DNA from: an uncultured Pseudomonadota bacterium
Lineage (GTDB): Bacteria > Pseudomonadota > Gammaproteobacteria > Burkholderiales > Gallionellaceae
Direction: 5' to 3'
Assembly: GCA_963718345.1 (NCBI GenBank)
Contig: CAVQZH010000012.1
Span: 23,406-87,405 of the forward strand
DNA length: 64,000 nucleotides
Under the pieces are notes generated by a model. That model did no database searches and was not told the DNA's origin. It saw nothing but the letters and a program-made list of their open reading frames with translations. Each line of letters opens with the position of its first letter. Positions within the stretch are counted from its first letter, which is position 1. This document shows, one piece after another, positions 41,084 through 54,583 of the stretch. A program made the position numbers and the translations under genes.

Positions 41084-41908
41084 TCAGTCCTGATCGGCAA
41101 CAATGACAAGCACCACGCCGTGCGAGGACGAAAGCTTGCCCATCGGACTGCGCCAGCATGTAGCCTGCCTTCCATCGGCAAGACGGCAGCGAATATTTCC
41201 CTCTGGCGTGCCCACGGCCCGATCGCGAATATTGCCCAGTATTTCGGGAGGAAATACATCGGCTGCCGTTTCGCCCAATAGCGGCCGTGTTCCATTTACA
41301 GAGAAAAGGTGGTGCGCATTGCGATTGGCAATAGCGATAACCCCGTCTTCACCGATGCCAACCACCGCCACCGGCAAGCGCTCCAACACTTCCTGTGATA
41401 CTTGGAGAATCTCCAGATTGCGCATCACTTCGTGTGTCTTCTCCAGCACGCGCTGCTCGAGTTCGTGGTTAATGCGCATCAACTCCTCGTTAGCATCCTC
41501 AAGCTCCAGCGCCAAGCGCGCATTTTCCATCTTCATTTCGTAACGCTGGAATGCTTCCTCCACATTGGCACGCAACAGGTCATCTTCCCACGGCTTGGTA
41601 AGGAATTTGTAGACGGAGCCGCGGTTGATGGCATCGGTCACCGTATTGAGTTCGGTATAGCCGCTCAATACGACACGGACCGTATCTGGGTATAGTCCCT
41701 TCACTTTGCCCAGGAATTCAACGCCAGTCATCCCGGGCATGCGCTGGTCGGAAATGATCACGCCAACTTCGTTTTGCGCCAGTAAAGCCAACCCTGCCTC
41801 ACCGCTGTTGGCACACAGAATGTGATAGCCGTCCCGGCGCAGAAGTCGCACCAGCGAGGAGGTAATATTCTCCTCGTCATCGACCAGCAACAGTGTGCGT
41901 TCCATCAT
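41084..41908 (-). CDS. Response regulator with coiled coil and C-terminal PAS-like domain
   Basis: LVDDE, SDQRMP, KPW; VLERLPVAVVGIGEDGVIAIANRNA. Confidence 0.85.
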   Translation of the reverse strand: MMERTLLLVDDEENITSSLVRLLRRDGYHILCANSGEAGLALLAQNEVGVIISDQRMPGMTGVEFLGKVKGLYPDTVRVVLSGYTELNTVTDAINRGSVYKFLTKPWEDDLLRANVEEAFQRYEMKMENARLALELEDANEELMRINHELEQRVLEKTHEVMRNLEILQVSQEVLERLPVAVVGIGEDGVIAIANRNAHHLFSVNGTRPLLGETAADVFPPEILGNIRDRAVGTPEGNIRCRLADGRQATCWRSPMGKLSSSHGVVLVIVADQD

Positions 41909-43770
41909 GCCTCCAGTGGGAAGTTCAGGTTCTCCCCGCTCTGCAATAATTGCGTCATGTCGGCGACAGGAACTGGGCGGCTGAACAAAAATCCCTGCAT
42001 CTCATTGCAGCCCTTCTTGCGCAACTGGGCAAGCTGCGCCACTGTTTCCACCCCTTCTGCAATCACTTTTAATCCGAGGCTGTGACCGAGCGCAATGATT
42101 GCGGCGACGATCGCCGCATCCTCATTGTTGGTGGAAAGATCGCGCACAAAGGACTGGTCTATCTTGAGGCTGCTGATCGGAAAACGTTTCAGGTAGCTCA
42201 GACTTGAATAGCCGGTACCGAAATCGTCGATGGAAAAGTGTATTCCCGCTTGACGCAGTTTGCTCAGGGTATCGACCGCCCCTTCGGCGTTGTTCATCAA
42301 CAGGCTTTCCGTCAATTCCAGTTCGATCGTGCCCAACCCCGGATCCAGGTCATTTTCCTTCAGTATATCCAGCACGAGGCCGGCAAAATCGGGCTGTTTG
42401 AATTGCAGAGTGGATAGATTGACCGCAACATGAATATCCTGCAAACCTGCCGCTTGCCATATACAGGCCTGTTTGCAGGCTGCGCGCAATACCCATTCTC
42501 CCACGGCCAGGATGAGGCCGGTTTCCTCCAGCAACGGGATAAACTCGCCGGGGGCGACCAGACCGCGTTCCGGGCTTTGCCAGCGTAACAAGGCTTCCAT
42601 TCCGACGATCTTGCCGCTTTCCAGATCAACCTTGGGTTGGTAATGAAGCACGAACTCTTCACGCACCAGGGCATGGCGCAACTCGGTTTCCAGCTGCAGG
42701 CGTTGCCAGGCTGAGGCATTCATCTGTTCGGCGTAATACTGGAAATTATTGCGACCTTCGTTCTTGGCCTGATGCAAAGCCGCTTCCGCATTCTTTAGTA
42801 ATGTCGTCGTATTTACCCCGTCTACCGGATAGATACCGATCCCTATACTGACGGTGACGAAAATCTCGATATCGCCAGCCAACATGGGCGTGTGTGCGAA
42901 CGAATCCAGAATCTTCTGGGCTACTTCGCCGGCGGCATGCGCTGCCTTCACACCGGTCAGCACAAGGGAAAATTCATCACCTGCAATACGTGCCACGGTG
43001 TCGCACTCACGCACGTGAGTAGCCAATCGTTGTGCGGCGGCCTGCAACAATTGATCACCTACAGGATGGCCGAACGAATCGTTGACCTGTTTGAACCGGT
43101 CCAGATTGATAGACAGTACCGCCACCATGCACTGGTCGCGATGCGCCCGGGCAAGTTCCTGGTCGAGCCGGTCGAGAAACAGTAAACGATTGGGCAGCTC
43201 GGTCAGTGCATCGTAATGTGCGATGTGTTCGATCTGGCTGTCTTTGCGCCCGATAGCATCCGCCAGCTCCAAATTGACCTGAGCCAACTGGTCGTTTGCA
43301 GCCTGGATCTCCTGCAGCAGTTGCTCCTTCTCGCGTGCCAGATCATGCCGCCAGAACGCTTCCATCACATCGACGCGCAAGACTTCGTTATCCCACGGCT
43401 TGGTGAAAAACTTGTAAATGGCGCCGCGATTGATGGCGGCTGTTACCGATTCGAGATCTGCATACCCGCTCAATATGATGCGGATCGTCTCCGGGTATAG
43501 TTCTCTTACTTGGGATAAAAACTCCACGCCGGACATTTCGGGCATACGCTGGTCTGAGATGACCACACCGACGTCGTGTTGCGCCAGGATCTCCAACCCT
43601 TGCTTGCCGCTGTTTGCGTGCAGTATCTGGTAACCGTCGTATCTGAGCAGGCGCTCCAGGGCGGAACCGACATGTTCCTCATCGTCAACCAATAGCAAAG
43701 TACGTTCCACCGCGGCCCCCAACGTTGCCTTGAGAAGCCGTACTCTATCACGACACCCGACTGCTGACAT
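41905..43770 (-). CDS. REC-GGDEF-EAL c-di-GMP enzyme (AGDEF variant)
   Basis: REC; YDALTELPNR, RIAGDEF; YQPKV, EALLRW, DDFGTGYSS, EGVE; start uncertain. Confidence 0.88.
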   Translation of the reverse strand: MSAVGCRDRVRLLKATLGAAVERTLLLVDDEEHVGSALERLLRYDGYQILHANSGKQGLEILAQHDVGVVISDQRMPEMSGVEFLSQVRELYPETIRIILSGYADLESVTAAINRGAIYKFFTKPWDNEVLRVDVMEAFWRHDLAREKEQLLQEIQAANDQLAQVNLELADAIGRKDSQIEHIAHYDALTELPNRLLFLDRLDQELARAHRDQCMVAVLSINLDRFKQVNDSFGHPVGDQLLQAAAQRLATHVRECDTVARIAGDEFSLVLTGVKAAHAAGEVAQKILDSFAHTPMLAGDIEIFVTVSIGIGIYPVDGVNTTTLLKNAEAALHQAKNEGRNNFQYYAEQMNASAWQRLQLETELRHALVREEFVLHYQPKVDLESGKIVGMEALLRWQSPERGLVAPGEFIPLLEETGLILAVGEWVLRAACKQACIWQAAGLQDIHVAVNLSTLQFKQPDFAGLVLDILKENDLDPGLGTIELELTESLLMNNAEGAVDTLSKLRQAGIHFSIDDFGTGYSSLSYLKRFPISSLKIDQSFVRDLSTNNEDAAIVAAIIALGHSLGLKVIAEGVETVAQLAQLRKKGCNEMQGFLFSRPVPVADMTQLLQSGENLNFPLEA

Positions 43771-43838
43771 GGGATTGCCCCAATACCGGAAACGCAAAAA
43801 TTAATACGGATGCAACTTAGTCCCCACCCTGCATTTGT

Positions 43839-44864
43839 TCAATCGATACCTTGAATCAATTGTTCCAGGCGGGCGCGCCCATCCGGCGTGGTCATCACCA
43901 TCAGCACGTCCTTGTCCTTCAGGCTGTGATTGGCTTGTGGGTTGAATTGCCATTCTTCATCGCGCTGTATGGCTAGCACCATGCAATCTTTATTGCTGTG
44001 ATACAGAACACTCAACGGCTTGCTGGCCAAACTATCCGGAATAACGATTTCTTCCATGCGCAAGTGGCTGTCCGATTTCAACATTTCATCGAGGAAATTC
44101 ATCACGTTCGGCCGCACCATTGCGGAGACAATGCGCAAACCGCCGCTGAAGTCCGGCGAGATCACTTCGTCCGCGCCGGCGCGCCGGGTTTTTTCGGCGT
44201 TCTTCAGCGCATGACAACGTGCCACCACGCGCAGTTTAGGATTGAGTTGCTTGGAGCTCAGACTGATGACCAGATTGGCGCTGTCATCGTGGGCCACCGC
44301 AAATACGCCTTTCGCATTCGCGACCCCAGCCGCCAGCAATACATCGTTGTCGGTTGCATCACCTTGCAAATACAGTTGCTCCGGGTGCGTCTCCAGATAG
44401 TGATGGATATTCTCGATGTCGTTGTCGATGATGACGGACGGTCGGCCGGTCAATTCGAGATCATGCGCCACATTGCTACCCACCAGACCGACACCGCATA
44501 CGATGTAATGGTTCTTCAACTGCCCGATTTTCAATTTCATCTTCTTTCTCCGACGCGAGATACTGAGATCGTTTTCCAGCATGAATGCCGTCAACGTGGA
44601 AAGCACATAACCCATCACACCAATACCGGCCATACCGATAAACACGGTAAACAGCCGCCCGTATTCATACCGCGTGACATCGACCACCTCGCTATATCCG
44701 ATGGTGGCGGTGGTAATGAATGTCATGTAGAAACAGTCCAGCCAGGAGTGCTGCGGACCACCCAGGATGCGATAGCCAACGGTGCCGACGGTGAACACCA
44801 ACACCAGCGCCAGCAAGGCGATCAGCAGATTGCGGACCACTTTCGATTCCTGATGTCCGATCAT
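43839..44864 (-). CDS. Two-TM potassium channel with RCK/TrkA domains
   Basis: TM-pore-TM with TATIGYSE; NHYIVCGVGLVG Rossmann motif; TrkA-C. Confidence 0.85.
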   Translation of the reverse strand: MIGHQESKVVRNLLIALLALVLVFTVGTVGYRILGGPQHSWLDCFYMTFITTATIGYSEVVDVTRYEYGRLFTVFIGMAGIGVMGYVLSTLTAFMLENDLSISRRRKKMKLKIGQLKNHYIVCGVGLVGSNVAHDLELTGRPSVIIDNDIENIHHYLETHPEQLYLQGDATDNDVLLAAGVANAKGVFAVAHDDSANLVISLSSKQLNPKLRVVARCHALKNAEKTRRAGADEVISPDFSGGLRIVSAMVRPNVMNFLDEMLKSDSHLRMEEIVIPDSLASKPLSVLYHSNKDCMVLAIQRDEEWQFNPQANHSLKDKDVLMVMTTPDGRARLEQLIQGID

Positions 44865-44865
44865 G

Positions 44866-45399
44866 CTATTCGTCTGGAAGATCGGAATCGGGGAACAGAA
44901 TCTCGCTGAAGCCGAAGTTCTTCATGTCGCGAATGCGCATCGGATACAAGATGCCGTCCAGATGGTCGCATTCGTGTTGCACTACGCGCGCGTGAAATCC
45001 GCTCACGGTACGGTCGATGAGTGCACCGTATTCGTCATGGCCCTGATAGCGCAAATGCGTGAAGCGCGGAACCAGTCCGCGCATGCCGGGGACACTAAGA
45101 CAGCCTTCCCATCCCTCTTCCATCGCATCGGATAGCGGCGTAAGGACAGGGTTTATGAGCACGGTCTGCGGAACTGTCTCCGCTTCGGGGTAGCGCGGGT
45201 TGCTGTTTACCTCAAAAATGACCACGCGCAGATTCACGCCGATTTGCGGCGCCGCCAGGCCCACGCCATCCATCGCATGCATGGTGTCGCGCATATCGGC
45301 CAGCAGCGTGTGCAACTCGGGCGTGTCGAACGTGCGAACTTCTTCCGCGCGGCGCAGCAGACGCGCATCGCCCATGCGCAATACTTCCCTAGTCGCCAT
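44866..45399 (-). CDS. def: Peptide deformylase
   Basis: [25 protein letters not shown]. Confidence 0.95.
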   Translation of the reverse strand: MATREVLRMGDARLLRRAEEVRTFDTPELHTLLADMRDTMHAMDGVGLAAPQIGVNLRVVIFEVNSNPRYPEAETVPQTVLINPVLTPLSDAMEEGWEGCLSVPGMRGLVPRFTHLRYQGHDEYGALIDRTVSGFHARVVQHECDHLDGILYPMRIRDMKNFGFSEILFPDSDLPDE

Positions 45400-46135
45400 C
45401 TTGTTCCACCGCGCGTTCCAGAATAATGCGCACGCGCTCCATCGCCGGGTTCATGATGGTCCCGATGGTTTCGAGCGGAACGCGTTCGCGGCTGTTGCCC
45501 CGTCCGGCAGCACAGTTCACCACCACGGCAATGGTGGCATAAGCCAGGCCAAGTTCCTTTGCCAGTGAAGCTTCCGGCATGCCGGTCATGCCGACCATGT
45601 CCGCACCGTCGCGCTCAAGCCGGCTTACCTCCGCTGCCGTTTCCAGTCTGGGACCCTGCGTGACCGCATGCACACCGCCATCGATACATGTTTCACTCGC
45701 AAGTTTCACCGCGTCCAATAGCTGCTGGCGCAAATTCTCGTTATACGGTCGTGTGAAATCGATGTGCGTGACGGGTCCGTCTTTGCCGTCGAAATAGGTG
45801 AAGTTGCGACCGTAGGTGTAATCGAGAATCTGATCGGGCACAACCAATGTTCCCGGGACCAGATCGGCGCGAATGCCGCCGACCGAAGTGGCGGCGATGA
45901 CGCGCATGGCACCCTGGTCGCGCAAGGCCCACAGGTTGGCGCGATAGTTGACTTCGTGCGGGGGGATGGTATGGCCGTAGCCGTGACGGGCAAGAAACAT
46001 GACTTCATGCTGGTTGATGGTCCCGAACGTCAACGGCCCGGAGGGTTCGCCGTAAGGCGTGCGCATCACCTGCCGATGGGTGATTTTAAGATTTGTCAGT
46101 TGGGTGAGGCCGGTACCGCCAATGATTGCGAGCAT
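45389..46135 (-). CDS. mtnP: S-methyl-5'-thioinosine/thioadenosine phosphorylase
   Basis: [42 protein letters not shown]. Confidence 0.88.
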   Translation of the reverse strand: MLAIIGGTGLTQLTNLKITHRQVMRTPYGEPSGPLTFGTINQHEVMFLARHGYGHTIPPHEVNYRANLWALRDQGAMRVIAATSVGGIRADLVPGTLVVPDQILDYTYGRNFTYFDGKDGPVTHIDFTRPYNENLRQQLLDAVKLASETCIDGGVHAVTQGPRLETAAEVSRLERDGADMVGMTGMPEASLAKELGLAYATIAVVVNCAAGRGNSRERVPLETIGTIMNPAMERVRIILERAVEQDGD

Positions 46136-46136
46136 A

Positions 46137-46686
46137 TCAATTATCCTTTACTGCGTAGATCGCGGGCAGGTTGCGCCATGCTCCATGAATATCCATGCCG
46201 TAACCAAAAACAAAACGGTTCGGCAATTCCATTCCAACGAAATCAGCTCTGATAGGTTTGTTCGTCCCTCTTCATTTTGTCCGCAAACACCGCGCTATAG
46301 AATCTCCGTTGCGCCCAGCTCCATGACGCGCTGTTTGATCGCATGCAAAGTCTCGCCTTCGTCAAGGATATCATCCACCACCAGCACGACCTTGTCGCGT
46401 ACATTTTCGCGCGGTGCGACCTTCCAATGCAATTCACCCCCGCGTTTTTCGTTTCCATAGCGCGAGACATGCAGGTAATCGAAGTCCAGCGGAAAATCGA
46501 GCATAGGCAGCAGTTGCCCGGTGAATACCACCGCACCGCCCATCACCGACAACACCAGCGGATGCTGATCCGCCAGCTTCTGGTTGATCGCCTGTGCCAC
46601 GCGCAGAACGGCCGCCTGCACTTCGTCCGCCGACCGTATCAGTTCGGCATCCTGAAGTATTTCGCGGGCTTGCTGGTTGCTGAGAG

Positions 46687-46690
<4 letters not shown>
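46137..46690 (-). CDS. hpt: Hypoxanthine-guanine phosphoribosyltransferase; frameshifted in the 3' part
   Basis: [30 protein letters not shown]; C-terminus ..[10 protein letters not shown] at 46137 in another frame. Confidence 0.85.
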
Positions 46691-49601
<2,911 letters not shown>

Positions 49602-50672
49602 TCAGGAAAACAATCTCAAGGCTTGTGCGCTACCCGGCGTGATATGTCCGACCAGCATGAGGTCTTCAGTGGCGGCGACTTGTGCGCGTATCTGGTCAAT
49701 GGCGCCATCGCTCAATGCCACTCTCTGGTCGTCTGCCAGCGTTACGCGCATGGCTTTTGCCAATTCCTTCGCCAATACCGCCATTTCGTCGAATCGACGA
49801 ACGGGTTCATCTACTCTTGGAATATCCAGCAACAATGTCAGGCTGTCCACGCGCGACTGATTAAGCGTGTGGTGCTGGAAGGGTGTGCCATCGGATGCGC
49901 TCAGGTTGAACAGGGTTGCACCCTGATCGTTCACAAGATGGAAGCTACCGTCGGCCTGCAAGGTCATGCCCTGTTGTTCCGCGGCAGTTGCCACCTCGGT
50001 GCCAAACAATTTCCGGTCGCCACCGGCCAGCAGATTGATGCCGATCATTTTGTCCACATCGGCACAAAAACGATCCAGATCCAATGCCCGTTGATGTGCT
50101 TCTTCGAGCGCGGGCAGTTTCACCTCGACGCGCAGTTGCACCGCAATCTCGCGCAGCAGGTCACGAAATCCTGCCAGCCGATTTTCGCTCACGGCGCCGG
50201 TCCTATCCACCAATTGCAGCCCCAGCCGGAAAGCGCGATACGTCTGCGTTCCTTCGGGGATCAAGCGTTCCCACAGACCGCTACCGGTATTCAGGCCGCA
50301 AGCGTGAACACTTTTGCCGAAATCGAACCTGCGCTGCCACAACAAGTCCAGCGCTGCGGGTGTGTAAGTGGATTTGGGCAGGAAAGTAACGACATAATCG
50401 GTGGCATCGTTGAGCAGGCCGCAGACCGAATCTGCCGCACTGTTGCCGGGTTCACCTTCAAGCGTACGCAGCGAATCTCGCTCTTCGCCAAACAATGTAT
50501 CCGGCGAAGAGGCCTTGTTCGGAGCGATCTGGTGGGACGATTCAGCGGTCGGAGTCTGGTACGCATCGCCAAGACTGCGGCGATATCGCCATTGTTGCCA
50601 TTGGCCGTAGACGAATACTCCTGCCACTACAACGAGACCAATAGTCAACAGACTCAACTGAAATTCACTCAT
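49602..50672 (-). CDS. zipA: ZipA-like cell division protein (betaproteobacterial type)
   Basis: N-terminal TM helix; LQLVDRTG, LDRFCADVD, LLLDIPRV, DDQR, PGSAQALRLFS; upstream of ligA. Confidence 0.8.
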   Translation of the reverse strand: MSEFQLSLLTIGLVVVAGVFVYGQWQQWRYRRSLGDAYQTPTAESSHQIAPNKASSPDTLFGEERDSLRTLEGEPGNSAADSVCGLLNDATDYVVTFLPKSTYTPAALDLLWQRRFDFGKSVHACGLNTGSGLWERLIPEGTQTYRAFRLGLQLVDRTGAVSENRLAGFRDLLREIAVQLRVEVKLPALEEAHQRALDLDRFCADVDKMIGINLLAGGDRKLFGTEVATAAEQQGMTLQADGSFHLVNDQGATLFNLSASDGTPFQHHTLNQSRVDSLTLLLDIPRVDEPVRRFDEMAVLAKELAKAMRVTLADDQRVALSDGAIDQIRAQVAATEDLMLVGHITPGSAQALRLFS

Positions 50673-50950
50673 GTTTGAATACCGAGGAGTACACCAAGTA
50701 AGAAATACGCGTGAATTATCTCAAATCCTTGCTTAGAATGGCAGGTCTTAAAGTTTTGCAACTACCTGTCGCTATCCAGAAAATCGGGTTTTCTGTCGTT
50801 TGGACAGTTGACGCTGGAAGTCGGGGAGGTTCTACTAACGTCGGTTCGTCTCAGAGAGCCGCCTTTTGAGCATGCCGCACTCCATTCCATAACCCCGCAC
50901 GCAAGACGGGGCAGAGTATCTCACGATGCGTTTATAAAGGAACGACCATC

Positions 50951-52063
50951 ATGTCATTCGAAATCATCAGCCAAAACGACAAGAACTTGTCTCATCCTAC
51001 CATTGCGATCATCGACGATGAGTTCACCAGCCGCATCATCCTCGATAAAATCGTGCGCGGATTGCAGAAAAACATTTTCGTTCAGGCTTTCGCCTCCCCC
51101 TTGGCGCGATTGAATGGCTAAGACTGAATCAACCCGACCTGATTCTGGTCGATTACCTGATGGATGAAATGTCCGGACTTGAGGTCGTCAAAACGATTCG
51201 GCGCATCCCTCATCTTGAACATGTCCCCATCATCATGATCACCGTGTCGAATGACAACGAAATACGCCACAAAGCCCTCGACCTCGGCGTTGCCGAATTC
51301 CTCTCCAAACCCTTCAATCACTACGAGTGCCAGATTCGTTGCCGCAACCTGCTCACTTTGCATCTGCACCACAAGGAAGTATTGCTCCGCTCCGAAAAAC
51401 TGGAAGAAGCCGTCACTGAGGCGACAAGACGAATATTGGAGCGCGAACAGGAAACGCTATTCCGTTTGGCGAAGGCAGGGGAATATCGGGATTCGGATAC
51501 CGGCAATCACGTATTGCGCATGGCCAAATTTTCGCGCCTGATCGCCGAAGGGCATGGGACTGGACGAGAATCGCTGCAGCCTGATCGAGATGGCCGCTCC
51601 CATGCATGACATCGGCAAAATCGGCATTCCGGACAATATCCTGCTCAAGCCAGGAAAGCTGAATCACGAAGAGTTCTCGATCATGAAGACGCATTCCTCG
51701 ATCGGTTACCATATCCTTAAAAGCAGTCATTCCAAGTACATCAGCCTTGGCGCCGAGATCGCGCTGTCCCACCATGAAAAATACGACGGCAGCGGTTATC
51801 CGAACGGCCTCAAAGACAAGGCTATCCCACTCGACGCACGCATTGTCGCAGTAGCAGACGTCTATGACGCCCTGACTTCAGAACGGCCTTACAAAAAGGC
51901 ATGGTCAAACCCGGACGCGCTGGAATATCTCAACGCCAACAAAGGTGCCCACTTCGATCCGGGATGCGTGGAAGCGTTCATGCTGCAGTTCAGCAAGGTC
52001 AGTCTCATCCAGCAGCAATTGCAGGATGCTTCGCCTTCGCAGAGAGTGCAGGTGTGGCAATGA
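50951..52063 (+). CDS. rpfG: RpfG-like REC-HD-GYP response regulator; frameshifts near 51107 and 51552
   Basis: IIDDEFTSR, DYLMDEMSG, EREQETLFRLAKAGEYRD..TGNH, MHDIGK, HHEKYDGSGYP; linked to rpfC and rpfF. Confidence 0.8.
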
Positions 52064-54580
52064 AAGATCGGCTCGCTTATTTCATCCAGCAGGTTCGACA
52101 GCGTGAAGGGGAGCATGAACAAACGCTTTTAAGGGTGTTTTTTGCCCTACCCATTTTCATTTACTTGCTCATTGAGTTCTATTTTGTAAGCCCAACTTCG
52201 GTCGGGGTTCCGGTTTTCATATTTTCCGGCTGTTTGGTGTCTCCAGCTCTATCCTGCTGACCCTATATGTGTTGTACAAGCGCAATACCTCCAGAAGAAG
52301 GCAGTGGCTAGCCATGTTTGCCGATATCGTGCGGTAAGCGTTGGCATGTTGATGACGCAGGAAGCTGGCGTATTGTTTTATGGTATCTACTTGTGGGTCA
52401 TCACGGGAAATGGAATCCGGTTACGGAAAAGAGTCGCTTATCAGCTTCCTACGTAACCAGCCTGATCGGTTTTTCCACAGTTGTATTCCTAAACGATTAC
52501 TGGCATGACCATCTGCGTATTGCAGTCGGGTTGTGGCTCACACTACTTTGCGTCCCGCTATACATTCTCAAACTAAGGGGGCAGTTGAACGATGCCCTGG
52601 AAAAAGCCCAGGCGGCAAGCAAGGCAAAAAGCGACTTCCTTTCCAACATGAGCCACGAGATGCGCACCCCGCTTAATGGGGTGATCGGCGCCAGCGACCT
52701 ATTGATCAGCACGCGATTGGATGATGAACAAAAGGATCTCGTATCAACTTTAAAGAAATCGGCTCAGCTTCTGCTCAAACTGATCGACAACATTCTCGAC
52801 CTTTCCAAGATCGAAAGTGGAAAACTAGTCTCGGAGAAAATCGATTTCGACTTGCATAAACTTGTAAACAGTACGCTGGATATGTTCCTGTCTCAGGTCG
52901 AAAAAAAGAAGATAGGTCTGGCGGTTCGGTTCACACCCGAAACATGCTTCCAGCTACAAGGCGACCCGCTTCACCTGCAACAAGTTCTCATCAATCTGAT
53001 TGGGAACGCAATCAAATTCACCGACAAAGGCAGTGTCGAGCTCAGAATTGGAACATTGCATCAGGATGCTTCATATACAAAGCTCCGTTTCGAAGTAATC
53101 GATACAGGTATTGGAATCTCACCCCAGGCTCAAGGCAGAATCTTCGAGAGCTTTACCCAGGCCGATCAGAACATAACTCGTACCTATGGCGGAACGGGAT
53201 TCGGCACAACTATTTCAAAGCAACTTGTGGAATTGATGGGCGGGGAAATGGGCGTTCAGAGCGAAGCCGGGAATTGGCAGCATTTTCTGGTTCGAAGCCC
53301 CTTTCTCCAAGAAACTGCTTACAGTACCTGGTGAAGACAGCACCGACTCTCCAGCAATTGTACGTGTTGACCATAGGCCTGACACACAGCGACCAACTCG
53401 CTGTTACCAGTTTCACGAAAGGCTGGGGTATACGGTGTGAACATGCGACATCTCTGACACACTTCTTCACTTATCTGATCGACAAGAATATCGTTCGTCC
53501 CGACCATTTGGCTATCCTGTGCCTTCCGCAGAATATCGGCATGACCACAAAAGACTTTGCCGCGAATATCCGTGAGTTACGCGGCCAGAAGCAACTCTCG
53601 CCTATTTTGATCAATCCGGATCTGCACAATCACAGCGAAGAAGAATATCTCAACGCTGGATATTCCTGCCTGTTGCGCACACCCCTCGACAAGACGTTGC
53701 TGTTCAATGCACTGCACGGAATCATGGCGCCGCGCCCATCGGTAGGAGTGATTTCGTTCAAGGAACATTACGAGCACAAGTACGGTAAACAAACGCGGGG
53801 TTCGAATACTTGTTGCAGAGGACAATGGTACCAGTCGACAAATCATCGAAAAAATACTTGCGCACGGCAATCACAAAGTGGATTTGGTAGAGAACGGCGA
53901 AGCAGGCTCTGGACAGGCTGGAGGAGAATACTTACGACTTGTTGATATTGGATATGAACATGCCGCAAATGGGCGGACTCGAGGTGGTCAAAGTACATCG
54001 TGCACTGTCAAGGCAGCCGGTGGATACCCCGGTAATCATCCTGACCGCCAATGCTACGTTGGAAGCAAAACAGGAATGTGAACGCGCCCATATCGATGCC
54101 TATCTTACCAAGCCAGTCGATGCGTTGACCTTGCTCGATACCGTTGCTCGTTTGACCCTGACTTCCCCCATGTCTGACGCCCCCGAACTGGATCACTCTG
54201 CGCAGCAAATTGCGACTGGATTCATCAATGAAGACACGTTGCATCATCTGGTACTTCTGGGCGGCGAGCAGGATGACTTTTTGCGTACGGTCATTTACGG
54301 TTTTCTTTCCGAAACTGACAAATTGCTTGAAGCAATGCGCATTGCACTTTCCAAACGGCAATTCGGAACCTTCAAGGAACTATCACATATTTTAAAGGGA
54401 AGTTCCGGAAACGTCGGAGCCAAGGTGTTGTTCAACGTCTGCTGCGAGATACTGGAACTCAATGAAGTACAACTAGATTTCTCGGCCAAGAGCCTGTTGG
54501 ACGAAGCTCAGAATTGCTACCCGGCCACACGCGCTTCGCTACTGCAATATCTGGACGTAGCCAATCAGGCCACGCTGTAA
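52060..54580 (+). CDS. rpfC: RpfC-like hybrid sensor kinase (TM-HisKA-HATPase-REC-HPt); several frameshifts
   Basis: N-terminal RQREGEHEQTLLR; TM segments; FLSNMSHEMRTPLNG; NAIKFT; DTGIG; LDMNMP; SHILKGSSG. Confidence 0.8.
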
Positions 54581-54583
54581 TAA

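Noticed and set aside
50760-50950. Riboswitch upstream of rpfG
   Set aside because: Only a weak hairpin (CCCCG...CGGGG) is present; I could not see c-di-GMP-I or -II consensus elements. An Infernal/Rfam search would settle it.
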